Source: Verrucomicrobiales bacterium (GTDB taxonomy: Bacteria > Verrucomicrobiota > Verrucomicrobiia > Verrucomicrobiales > V1-33). Taken from it: a stretch of 64,000 bases of DNA. The notes beneath the pieces were generated by a model. The model was not told where the DNA came from. It did no database searches and saw only the letters and a program-made list of their open reading frames with translations. Below are positions 28,045-37,217 of this stretch, one piece after another. The stretch spans positions 29,877 through 93,876 of the forward strand of contig JBBQWG010000011.1 of NCBI GenBank assembly GCA_038210825.1. The letters are read 5' to 3'. Numbering within the stretch: the first letter of the stretch is position 1; the number at the start of each line of letters is the position of its first letter. Position numbers and translations under genes: made by a program.

Positions 28045-31000
28045 CTATTTTTCCTCCAGCAGCGCCTCCAGCCTCTTGGCGCTGACCGGCTGCGCGGTGC
28101 CCAATTCCTGGGCGAAAACGGAAACACGGAATTCCTCCAGCAGCCAGCGGAAGGCTTCGTAGTTTGCCTCCGGCACCTGTGATTTCCAATCACGGAACGG
28201 TGCCAGCAGCCTGGCCCGCTCCACATCTTTGGCGGGCGTTTCGTAGGCCCGCTCGCCGCGGCGGAGCATGGCTTTGAGATAACGGGGCAAATACGGCAGC
28301 CGGTCGTGCGGGGTATGTTTCAGATAATCCGGCGGCACCAACCGCGCCAGATCCTCCTCCAGGGCAGGATACCGTTTGGGCGTGGTGCGGAGTTGTTGAA
28401 TCAGGGTGTGGATCTGCGCGGCGAAATCCCGCACCGTGCCCGCCATTTGCGGCAGGCCGCGCCGGGCGGCTTCCACCATTTCCTTGAAACGCGCTTCCGC
28501 CAGGGGCCGCAGGGGATCCAGACTCAGGGCATGCCGCAACAGATGCTCCATGGCCAGAGCTGGGATATCCGATTTTTGATAGTCGTCCCTGGAAAGCTGC
28601 GTCCCCACCCGCGCCAGGGCATCCTGGAATCCGATCACCTGCTTCGGCTTCACTGGCGGAGCGGAGGCCAATGACTTCAATTCCCTGGCCAACCAGGCGA
28701 TATCTTTCGTCAAAGCCAATTCCGCCAGGTGCCGCACCGCCGCCGGCGAGCCGCGTTCCGCTTCCTCCCGCGTCTTGAAAAGCCTGACTGAAACCTGCCC
28801 GTCCTTCGCCAGCAGCAATCCCGGCCAGCCATGAACCGGCATCCCGCCTACCGTTTCCACCAGCACGGATTCCGGCAAATCACCGAACGACCATGCATTC
28901 ACTTCGCGGCCCCATTGTTGCACGGCGGTTTGCCATGCCACGGAATCGCCCGCCTGCTCCTTGCCTTCCCGCCGCACCGTGGCCAGATCCCGGCTGGAGG
29001 CGACCACCTGCTGTTGGCGGTCCATCACCTGCACGCGAGGCCGGAGATAATCCGGCAGGCTGTCCGGCGGCCAGTCGGCGGCCATCACCGGCACGTCATA
29101 ACGGTTTGAAATGAACTTCGACAAGCCTATCAAAAACTCCCCTTTGCCAGGATCAAACTGCTCTGCAATCTCCTTCATCTTGTGTTCGAAGGGCATCAGG
29201 CGCTTCCGGAGGGCCTTGGGCAGGGCCCGCAGCAGGGTGCCTGCGATCTCCTGACGCAATCCCGGCACCATCCACTGCATCTGGCCGCTGGTGAGGTGCG
29301 GAGCCACCTCTGCCGGGACCTGCACCGTGACCCCATCCGATTCACCGCCCGGGCGGTAGGCATAACTGATCGGCAGGACACTGTTGCCCAGTTGGAGCGC
29401 ATCGGGAAATTGCAGGGGATCGCACAAATCCTCCTCCCGCCCGCCATTGAGATCGGTTTCCGTGGCCATCAGAAAGGCAGGATCCTCTTTGGTGCGGGCT
29501 TGCACAATGCGGTTCAGATCATGCACCGACGACACTCCTTGGATCCGGGCTTTGTAGAAATCGAAGAGCGCTTCCATCACCATGAAGGTGCGCTGGCTGC
29601 GGGCGCGGGCGAAGACGGTTTCCAGTTTGTCCCGCAGCTTGCGGTTGGCGGCATGGAAGCGGTGGGTCACCGCCCCGCTGTCCTCCAGCAGGGCATAACG
29701 GATAAAGACTTCTGTGGCAGCCTCCGGGTTGATTTTGCCGTAATCCACCCGGCTGCGTTTCAGTTCGAGACCATGCAGCAGCACCCGCTCCAAGGCCAGC
29801 ACCCGGCCGGTCTTTTCATCCCACTCCGGCTCACTGTATCGGAACTCGCAAAGATGCCCGCCCACCTCCACCACCCATTCCGGCTGGATTCCGGCTAAGG
29901 TCCTGACGAACAACTGGGACGTCTCCACAATCTCTGCGGCCATGATGAAGGCCGGCTGGCGGCTCTTTTCCGGCGTGGCTCCCTTGGCTGCTTTTTTGCT
30001 TCGCTCGAACACGTGCGATCCAGGAAACACCTGCACCTGCCGGTTGCCGGCTCCCTTGTAAACATTGCGTTCCTCCCGCCGGGCCACATGGCCTAACAGA
30101 GCCGAAAGCACCGCCCGGTGCACCGCATCGGCCTGCGGACCGTCGCTGATCCGGAGTTCATGGGCATCGGGGCCGCGCACTCCCATGGTATCGGCCAGTT
30201 GGCTGTGCACATCCCGCCACTCGCGCATCCTGACAAAGGACAAATACGATCCCCGGCACAGTTTGCGCAGGGCATTGCTGCTCTTCCAGGCATTGGCCGC
30301 CGTAGCCGCCTGCCAGATTTTCAGCAGCGACAGGAAATCCGACGAGGGATGGGCAAAGACCTGTTGGGCCTGCCGGGCGGCGTCCTTGGCCTCTTCCGGG
30401 CGTTCCCGCGGATCCGGAATGCTCAGGCCGGCCGCGATCACCAGAATTTCCGGCAGGACTTTTTCCTGGCGTGCCTGGATCAGCATCCGGCCCAGCGAAG
30501 GATCCAGCGGCAGGCGGGCCAGTTCATGCCCCAGCGGAGTCATTTCGTTTTCCTCGGTCAGCGCTCCGAGTTCATGCAGCAGCACATATCCGGACCTGAT
30601 CGAAGCCGGCAGCGGCGGATTCAGAAACGGAAAGGTCTCGATCTCGCCAAGGCCGAACGCCTTCATGCGCAGAATGACTTCCGCGAGATTGGACCGCTGG
30701 ATTTCCGGCTGGGTGAAACGCGGGCGCTTGTCAAAATCCTCCTGACTGAACAGCCGCACGCAGATCCCGTCGCTCAACCGCCCGGCCCGGCCCGCGCGCT
30801 GGTTGGCGCTGCTCTGCGAGACCGCTTCGATGGGGAGCCGTTTGGTCCGGGTGCGAGGCGCATACCGGCTCATGCGTGCCAGACCGGTGTCCACTACATA
30901 ACGGATCCGGGGAATGGTCAGGGAAGTCTCCGCAATATTGGTCGCCACCAGCACCCGGCGTTTCCGGCCCGGTGAAAAAATCCGCTGCTGTTCCTCCCCG

Positions 31001-31785
31001 GCCATCCTGCCATACAGGCCCAACACCTCCACTCCGCTGCCAAGGCTTCCCTCCAACAAATCGCGGGTCTCCCGGATATCCCGCTCGGTGGGCATGAAGA
31101 CGAGGACATCGCCGTCCTGTGATTCCAGAAACACATCCTCGGTGGCCCGGGCCGCCGCTTCGATAAAGTCCCCTTCCCCGCCCTCTTCCATCGGCCAATA
31201 ACGGATTTCCACCGGATACGTCCGTCCACTGACTTCGATCACCGGGGCTCCTCCAAACGCTTCGGAAAAGGTCGCGGTGTCGATGGTCGCCGAAGTGATG
31301 ATGAGTTTCAGTTCCGGCCGCCGTTTCAGCAGTCCTATCAAATAACCCAGCAGAAAATCCACATTCAGGGATCGCTCGTGGGCTTCATCGATGATGATCG
31401 CCGAATAAGCCCGCAGCAGGGGATCGCTCTGGATTTCCGCGAGGAGAATCCCGTCCGTCATGAACTTCAGCACAGTGTCGGGACCGGTGTCGTCATTGAA
31501 GCGCATCTTGCAGCCCACCACCCCGCCCCACGGCACGTTCATTTCCTCGGCGACCCGTTTGGAGATGCTCATGGCCGCTACCCGCCTCGGCTGGGTGCAG
31601 CCAATCCGCCCGCGTGCGCCCAACCCGGCTTCCAGACACATCTTCGGAAGCTGGGTGGTCTTGCCGGATCCGGTCTCCCCTGCCACAATAATCACCTGAT
31701 GCTCCCGCAACGCCGCGATAATACGGTCGCGCTGCCCGGAAACAGGCAGGTCGGCGGGATATCGGATAAATGGAGCGGCGGGCAT
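28045..31785 (-). CDS. hrpA: ATP-dependent RNA helicase HrpA (DEAH box)
   Basis: GETGSGKTTQLPK, DEAHERSLNVDFLLGYL, TSATID, TNIAETSLTIPRIRYVVD, QRAGRAGR, followed by the long HrpA-specific C-terminal region. The ATG at 31785 (cat 31783-31785) is preferred over the track start 31899. Confidence 0.9.
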   Translation of the reverse strand: MPAAPFIRYPADLPVSGQRDRIIAALREHQVIIVAGETGSGKTTQLPKMCLEAGLGARGRIGCTQPRRVAAMSISKRVAEEMNVPWGGVVGCKMRFNDDTGPDTVLKFMTDGILLAEIQSDPLLRAYSAIIIDEAHERSLNVDFLLGYLIGLLKRRPELKLIITSATIDTATFSEAFGGAPVIEVSGRTYPVEIRYWPMEEGGEGDFIEAAARATEDVFLESQDGDVLVFMPTERDIRETRDLLEGSLGSGVEVLGLYGRMAGEEQQRIFSPGRKRRVLVATNIAETSLTIPRIRYVVDTGLARMSRYAPRTRTKRLPIEAVSQSSANQRAGRAGRLSDGICVRLFSQEDFDKRPRFTQPEIQRSNLAEVILRMKAFGLGEIETFPFLNPPLPASIRSGYVLLHELGALTEENEMTPLGHELARLPLDPSLGRMLIQARQEKVLPEILVIAAGLSIPDPRERPEEAKDAARQAQQVFAHPSSDFLSLLKIWQAATAANAWKSSNALRKLCRGSYLSFVRMREWRDVHSQLADTMGVRGPDAHELRISDGPQADAVHRAVLSALLGHVARREERNVYKGAGNRQVQVFPGSHVFERSKKAAKGATPEKSRQPAFIMAAEIVETSQLFVRTLAGIQPEWVVEVGGHLCEFRYSEPEWDEKTGRVLALERVLLHGLELKRSRVDYGKINPEAATEVFIRYALLEDSGAVTHRFHAANRKLRDKLETVFARARSQRTFMVMEALFDFYKARIQGVSSVHDLNRIVQARTKEDPAFLMATETDLNGGREEDLCDPLQFPDALQLGNSVLPISYAYRPGGESDGVTVQVPAEVAPHLTSGQMQWMVPGLRQEIAGTLLRALPKALRKRLMPFEHKMKEIAEQFDPGKGEFLIGLSKFISNRYDVPVMAADWPPDSLPDYLRPRVQVMDRQQQVVASSRDLATVRREGKEQAGDSVAWQTAVQQWGREVNAWSFGDLPESVLVETVGGMPVHGWPGLLLAKDGQVSVRLFKTREEAERGSPAAVRHLAELALTKDIAWLARELKSLASAPPVKPKQVIGFQDALARVGTQLSRDDYQKSDIPALAMEHLLRHALSLDPLRPLAEARFKEMVEAARRGLPQMAGTVRDFAAQIHTLIQQLRTTPKRYPALEEDLARLVPPDYLKHTPHDRLPYLPRYLKAMLRRGERAYETPAKDVERARLLAPFRDWKSQVPEANYEAFRWLLEEFRVSVFAQELGTAQPVSAKRLEALLEEK

Positions 31786-31923
31786 GACAGAGTGGAATCC
31801 GCTCCATGCTGCAGGTCGATGCCGCTGGCAAGGCCATCGCACTTGAGGAGGGTCGACATTCTGTCGACTATTCCATTGCGGTATTGTGCAGGCAGGCAAA
31901 GGCGGACAGAATGTCCGCCCTCC

Positions 31924-33120
31924 TCACTTGAAGCTCTTCGCGAAGTCGTCGGTTACGGCGTGCTTGGGGGTGTGCGGTTTTTTGACAAAAGTGCTGGTAT
32001 TGATGCGGTGATCCAGCTCGGCTTGGTATTCGGCGCTGTCCATGGGCAGGTCGATGGTGCGGTTTTTCCAGGTGGAAAGCAGAATGGCATTGGCCAATTC
32101 AATGGAGCGGATCCCATCAGCAGCCGGGGCAATCAGCGGGGTGCCGTGGCGGATGGCGTTGGAGAAGTTCTGCAGGACTTCGATGTGACTGGAGGAACCT
32201 TCGGGCACCGGGACTTCGATGGTCCAGTTCTCGGGCTTGGAGAACCCGCCGCCGGATTCATAGCTGAACTGGGACATCGGCTGGCGGTTGCGCTGGAAAG
32301 TCAGGGTTCGCCCATTGACCGACAGCAGGCCGTTTTCGCCCGTGATCTGAAGCAGATTTTTACCAGGGGCCTCGCCGGTGCTGGTAATGAAACTGGCATG
32401 GGTGCCGTTATTATAACGGAAATACGCGGTGACATCGTCCTCCACTTCGATGTCGTGGTAACGCCCAAACTGGCAGAAACCAGTGACCTGGTCGGGCACG
32501 CCGAAGAGCCATTGATAGAGATCAAGGTTGTGCGGGCATTGGTTCAGCAGCACCCCCCCGCCCTCCCCTTTCCAACTGGCCCGCCATCCCCCGCTCGCGT
32601 AATAGGTGTGGGTGCGGAACCAGTCCGTGCAGTCCCACAGAATGCGGCGGATGTCGCCCAGTTCGCCCTCAGTGATCAGGCTCTTCAATTGCTTGTAGAG
32701 CGGGTCGGTGCGGAGCTGGAACATGGCACCGAAGATTTGCGTGCCGCCCTTGTGAGCGGCGATCAGGCGCTCGCAGTCCGCCTTGGACACCGACAGCGGT
32801 TTTTCCACCATGACATGCAATCCGGCTTCCAATGCCGCAATGCCCATGGTGGTGTGGAAAAAGTGGGGCGTGGCGATGAGCACGGCATCAATGGTGCCGC
32901 TGGTGACCATTGCCTGAAAATCGGTGAATTGGTGTTCCCCTTCCTCTTTGGCAGGCATTCCTGCGGGCTGTTCGCAGATGGCCGTAAGCTCCAAGCCCTG
33001 CACTTTTCCCGCCCGTAAATTCGCGCGGTGCGTCTTGCCCATGTTTCCAAGTCCGACGAGACCAATTCTGACGTTTTCCATAAGTGCGCAATCATGTCGG
33101 GCATCCACCGGTTTTGTCAA
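31924..33120 (-). CDS. Gfo/Idh/MocA-family NAD(P)-dependent oxidoreductase
   Basis: N-terminal Rossmann motif RIGLVGLGNMGKTH, IDAVLIATPHFFH, VMVEKPL. The start may be the internal ATG at 33081. Confidence 0.8.
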   Translation of the reverse strand: MTKPVDARHDCALMENVRIGLVGLGNMGKTHRANLRAGKVQGLELTAICEQPAGMPAKEEGEHQFTDFQAMVTSGTIDAVLIATPHFFHTTMGIAALEAGLHVMVEKPLSVSKADCERLIAAHKGGTQIFGAMFQLRTDPLYKQLKSLITEGELGDIRRILWDCTDWFRTHTYYASGGWRASWKGEGGGVLLNQCPHNLDLYQWLFGVPDQVTGFCQFGRYHDIEVEDDVTAYFRYNNGTHASFITSTGEAPGKNLLQITGENGLLSVNGRTLTFQRNRQPMSQFSYESGGGFSKPENWTIEVPVPEGSSSHIEVLQNFSNAIRHGTPLIAPAADGIRSIELANAILLSTWKNRTIDLPMDSAEYQAELDHRINTSTFVKKPHTPKHAVTDDFAKSFK

Positions 33121-33249
33121 TTCCCCGGATGGGGGACAGCTTCACCAGCCCGGCATGCGGAGAACCCCCTCCGCTTCGTTTCCATGTAGCCGGTCCATCC
33201 CTGGGTAAGTCACCGTCCACGTGCCCTCGGCCGAGATTTCTTCCGGCAA

Positions 33250-35160
33250 GTGGGAAATCGCCGGGCGAAACCTGCTTCCTCCCCTTGCCTCCGGGCTCCG
33301 TCCGGCTTCCCTTGGCGGGTGAATTATCAGGTCTTCGCCCGCAAATACCGCCCCCAAACTTTCGATGACGTCCTGGGTCAGGACCACGTGGTCCGCACCC
33401 TGCGCAATGCCATCACCCAGAACCGGCTCGCCCATGCCTACCTGTTTGTAGGACCGCGCGGCACGGGCAAAACCTCTACCGCGCGCATTTTTGCGAAGGC
33501 TCTCAACTGCCCCGGCGGCCCGAAAGCGGACTTTGATCCCAACGAATCCATCTGCGTGGAAATCGCGGAAGGCCGCAGCCTGGATGTGACCGAAATCGAC
33601 GGCGCTTCCAATAACAGTGTGGATGACATCCGGGCGCTGCGGGAGACCGTCAACTATGCCCCTGCGGTCGGCAACTACCGGATTTATTACATTGATGAGG
33701 TGCACATGCTCTCGACCTCGGCCTTCAATGCGTTGTTGAAGACTTTGGAGGAACCGCCTCCGCATGTGAAATTCATTTTTGCCACCACCGAGGCGCACAA
33801 AATTCTACCGACCATCCTGAGCCGCTGCCAGCGTTTCGATCTCCGCCGGATTCCCACACCGCTTATTGCCAAACACCTGCTGCACATTGCCAAGCTGGAG
33901 GGCATCAACCTTGATCCGCTCGCGGCCCATGCGGTGGCCACCGGCGCAGATGGCGGGATGCGGGATGCCCAGTCCATGCTGGATCAACTCGTCGCCTTCT
34001 GCGGGAATCACATCCAGGAGCAGGATGTGCTGGATATCTTCGGCTTCACCAGCCACCGCACCGTATCCGATCTGGGAGGAGCCATTCTGCGGGGTGAAAC
34101 AGCCAGTGCCCTCGGGCAGCTCTATCAACATGCCGAATCCGGCAAGGATCTCTCCCGGCTGATGGCGGATCTGATTTTCCATTTCCGCAATCTTCTGGTC
34201 CACCGGGTGGATCCGGAGATCGCGGCCCGCGATCTTCCTCCGGAAATCGCGGCCAGCCTTGGTGACCAGGCCGAACTGCAAAGCACTGATAAACTGATGT
34301 TGTTGATTGACCAGTTTGCCGATGCCGAAGCCAGCATGAAGTGGGCTCCCAACAAACGGCTCTATTTTGAAATAGGCCTGATCAAGGCGGCCCAAACCCT
34401 GGGAGAAGTCAGCCTGAGCGATGTGGTGACGGCCCTGCGCCGTGCACTTGGCGGTGAAGCTGTGCCCCTTCCCGCCGCATCCCCCGGCCACAGCAGCAGG
34501 GAGCTGCGTCCCGCACCGGTGCCGGCATCCCCGGCGGTGGCCAGCAGCCCATCTCCAGCGTTAGGATCCATGAAGGATCAGATCCGGGCCAACCTCGCGC
34601 CGGCGGTCTCCGCCCCCCCGGCGCATCAAGATCCTGCTCCGGCTGCCGCCAAGGAGCCGGCACCACTAGCGGAAACCCCCAGTGCGGTGCCCCCCCCGCC
34701 ACCGGGGGGGGACACCGGTCTTTCGGGAGAATCCCTCTGGCAGGCCACCAACGAAGAGTTCAGCAAGAAATTTCCCCTGCAGGCAGGTTATGCGGCCGAG
34801 ATGCATTTCCTCTCGGCCGATGACCGCTCGGTGCTGCTGGGGGCCCCGGCTGACCAGCGCATGGCCATGCAAAGCCTCGAGCGGCCCAGCATCCGCGCGG
34901 CCCTTGAGGAAATCCTGACAAAATTTGCGGGCCACCGGGTTCTCGTGCAATTCGAACTGCGCGACGACTTGAAATCACACGACCTGGTGCAGACTCCGGA
35001 TGCGATGGACCATGGGATCGCAGCCATGCCCCTGTCCGTGGAAAGCGCGCCGCCGGCTTCGGCCCGGGTGCCAGTCATTGATGAGGCGGAATTCCAGAAT
35101 GATCTCCTCATCAAGGAAGCCCTGCGGATCTTTGAAGCCAAAATCACCAAAAAAAACTAA
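33250..35160 (+). CDS. dnaX: DNA polymerase III subunit gamma/tau
   Basis: FARKYRPQTFDDVLGQDHVVRTLRNAI..AYLFVGPRGTGKTSTARIFAKALNC, DEVHMLS, SRCQRF, Pro/Ala-rich linker, tau-type C-terminus. The true start may be GTG 33319 (VNYQVFARKYRP), since the first 23 codons look non-conserved. Confidence 0.9.
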   Translation: MGNRRAKPASSPCLRAPSGFPWRVNYQVFARKYRPQTFDDVLGQDHVVRTLRNAITQNRLAHAYLFVGPRGTGKTSTARIFAKALNCPGGPKADFDPNESICVEIAEGRSLDVTEIDGASNNSVDDIRALRETVNYAPAVGNYRIYYIDEVHMLSTSAFNALLKTLEEPPPHVKFIFATTEAHKILPTILSRCQRFDLRRIPTPLIAKHLLHIAKLEGINLDPLAAHAVATGADGGMRDAQSMLDQLVAFCGNHIQEQDVLDIFGFTSHRTVSDLGGAILRGETASALGQLYQHAESGKDLSRLMADLIFHFRNLLVHRVDPEIAARDLPPEIAASLGDQAELQSTDKLMLLIDQFADAEASMKWAPNKRLYFEIGLIKAAQTLGEVSLSDVVTALRRALGGEAVPLPAASPGHSSRELRPAPVPASPAVASSPSPALGSMKDQIRANLAPAVSAPPAHQDPAPAAAKEPAPLAETPSAVPPPPPGGDTGLSGESLWQATNEEFSKKFPLQAGYAAEMHFLSADDRSVLLGAPADQRMAMQSLERPSIRAALEEILTKFAGHRVLVQFELRDDLKSHDLVQTPDAMDHGIAAMPLSVESAPPASARVPVIDEAEFQNDLLIKEALRIFEAKITKKN

Positions 35161-37163
35161 GGACCGGCGGCCTGCTTCGCCACCCAGTCACGCATCTCTG
35201 CCAGCTCGGCGGTGAAGCCGCTGTTGAGGATGGGGAAACGGCACCACGTTTTGGGATCAAGGCTTTCGTCGTCGAGGTGGAAGCCGGGGGCATACCGCTC
35301 GCGCTTCCACTGGTTGCGGCACCACAGGACAAAAAACCGCTCCACCCAGACCGTGAGTTGCGCCAGGGGATACTCGGGAAACCGGAGCTGCATTTGGCGC
35401 AGGACATCCAGCGGCATGAATTTGTCGCGGATAGCGGCCCGTTCAATGGCGTCCAATAACGGATAGGGCATCAGATCCGATTCATCAGTCTGCCGGCTGC
35501 CGGGTGGCCGCAGTTCTGCGGTGGGAGCCTGGGCATTCACCAGCCGGAGCACCGGAAGCGGATGCCGTTCCGCGGGGCCAAAATGCTCCATCCAGCGCAG
35601 CCATTCGCGCAGCCATGCCTTGTCAATACCCGCGAGGGGGCTCAGGCCGCCGCTGGTGTCACCGTCCATGGTGGCATATCCCACGGCGGCTTCGCTCCGG
35701 TTGCTGGTGGCAAGCAGCAGTGCCCCCTGCAGGTTGGCCACCATCCAGATCCCAGGGCTGCGGACCCGTGCCTGAATGTTCTGCAGGCTGACATCGTCAC
35801 GTTCCCACGTCAGGGGACGGCCGATCCCGCCTTCGACCATGGCAGTGTAGCCCGTCACCAGAGCACTGATATCAAACTCCAGATGCCGGGCACCGGTGGC
35901 TTCGGCGACCGCAAGGGCGGCCTCGCGGGTGACACTGCCACTGTTGCTGCTGGCCTGATAGGCGGTGGTCAGGAGGGCGCGGACCAGACCGGCCAAATCC
36001 GTGGCTTCCTGGACTTCGGGGTGCCATGCCAGCTTATTTTTGAATCCATCGATACCCAGTTCTTCGGTGCCCAGTTCGACCATGAGCCGGATCAGGACCA
36101 CCAGAGAGGTGCTGTCGGCACCACCGCTGAGGGAAACAACAAAGCCCCGCGAGCGGCTTTTCCGCAGGTAATCAAACAGCGCCAGAGGCACGGCCCGGGA
36201 AAATTCCTCCAACTTCAGATCCGGGGCTGCTTCCCATGGCTCCGCTTCGCGTCCTCCCGGTTCAGGGGCCAACTCCGGCCAGGAAAACGGCACGGAAACA
36301 CAGCCTGCTTCATGGGCCGGAAGATCAGGCAGGGAGCTGAAGGAACGCAGCTGGGCCACCCGCCCGGCATCGATATCCACCTGGGCGCTGATCACGCCGA
36401 AGTCCTGGTAGGAAAAGCGCTCGGCGGTGGCCACGAGGCGGCCCCCGGAAGCGATCATGGCCTCGCCGTCGAAAATGGCACGTCCGGATTCATTGCCCAG
36501 CAGGTTGGCGTAGACATAAGCCGCATGGAACGCGCGGCTGCCTTCGAGGATAAAGCGCTGGCGCACGGCATTTTTGCCAAAGGCAAAATGGCTGGCACTG
36601 GGATTGAGGATCACATCCACCCCGCGGCGGCACAGACTGATGCCGGGACGGTCCGGGGCCCAGGCATCCTCACAAATTTCAAATCCGAAGCGGATGCCGC
36701 CTGCTTCCATGACGAGGTCACCGGCCATATAGGCACGGCCCTCATCATCCGTGAGGAGGGCCCGGACGCCCTCCGGCCATGGTTTGAACCAGCGGGGTTC
36801 GTAGTGGATGCCGTCCCCCGCGAGATGGCGCTTGGCGGCAAAACCCGCGATGCGCCCGTCAACCACCAGGGCGGCCATGTTGTAGACGGATTTGATATGC
36901 AGCACCGGCAGACCCAGGCTGACCACCAGTCCGGAAGTGTCAGGAAGCAGATCATGCAGGAGTTTCCATGCGGTGCATGCCACCCCCGGCGCGTGGAACG
37001 CATCCTCGCAGCCGTATCCTGTGAGGCACAATTCCGGCAGACAGACCACGGCAGCTCCCTGGGACCGGGCTTCGGCAAGGGCCGCCCGGATGCGGGCCTG
37101 ATTGCCCGCCCAATCGAGCGGGGTCTGGTTGAGCACAGCGGCAGCGACTTTGATCAGCTTCAT
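35157..37163 (-). CDS. nadE: Glutamine-dependent NAD+ synthetase (CN-hydrolase + NAD synthetase domains)
   Basis: N-terminal nitrilase-type domain (LPELCLTGYGCED, EICEDAW). PP-loop VVSLSGGADSTS in the C-terminal half. Converges on dnaX with a 4-nt overlap. Confidence 0.85.
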   Translation of the reverse strand: MKLIKVAAAVLNQTPLDWAGNQARIRAALAEARSQGAAVVCLPELCLTGYGCEDAFHAPGVACTAWKLLHDLLPDTSGLVVSLGLPVLHIKSVYNMAALVVDGRIAGFAAKRHLAGDGIHYEPRWFKPWPEGVRALLTDDEGRAYMAGDLVMEAGGIRFGFEICEDAWAPDRPGISLCRRGVDVILNPSASHFAFGKNAVRQRFILEGSRAFHAAYVYANLLGNESGRAIFDGEAMIASGGRLVATAERFSYQDFGVISAQVDIDAGRVAQLRSFSSLPDLPAHEAGCVSVPFSWPELAPEPGGREAEPWEAAPDLKLEEFSRAVPLALFDYLRKSRSRGFVVSLSGGADSTSLVVLIRLMVELGTEELGIDGFKNKLAWHPEVQEATDLAGLVRALLTTAYQASSNSGSVTREAALAVAEATGARHLEFDISALVTGYTAMVEGGIGRPLTWERDDVSLQNIQARVRSPGIWMVANLQGALLLATSNRSEAAVGYATMDGDTSGGLSPLAGIDKAWLREWLRWMEHFGPAERHPLPVLRLVNAQAPTAELRPPGSRQTDESDLMPYPLLDAIERAAIRDKFMPLDVLRQMQLRFPEYPLAQLTVWVERFFVLWCRNQWKRERYAPGFHLDDESLDPKTWCRFPILNSGFTAELAEMRDWVAKQAAGP

Positions 37164-37217
37164 AATTCAGCAGCAGTTACGCCTGCCGCAGCCAGCTTGT
37201 CGAACGCAGAACCGGGC

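Noticed and set aside
33271-33300. The minus-strand sequence ggaggcaaggggaggaagcagg just upstream of dnaX is reminiscent of the SRP RNA helix-8 motif (GGAAGGAAGCAGCC). SRP RNA precedes dnaX in some bacteria.
   Set aside because: It has the wrong strand relative to the known synteny. Similarity is only partial. I could not fold the surrounding ~100 nt into the required long hairpin with a GNRA-capped helix 8. A covariance-model search (Rfam RF00169) would settle it.
34690-34711. C8 and G8 homopolymer runs in the dnaX linker (encoding PPPPPGG), considered as a site for programmed frameshifting or transcriptional slippage producing a gamma subunit.
   Set aside because: The alternative frames stay open for ~46 and ~78 codons rather than terminating promptly. 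There is no slippery heptamer plus downstream hairpin. The runs simply encode a Pro/Gly linker.
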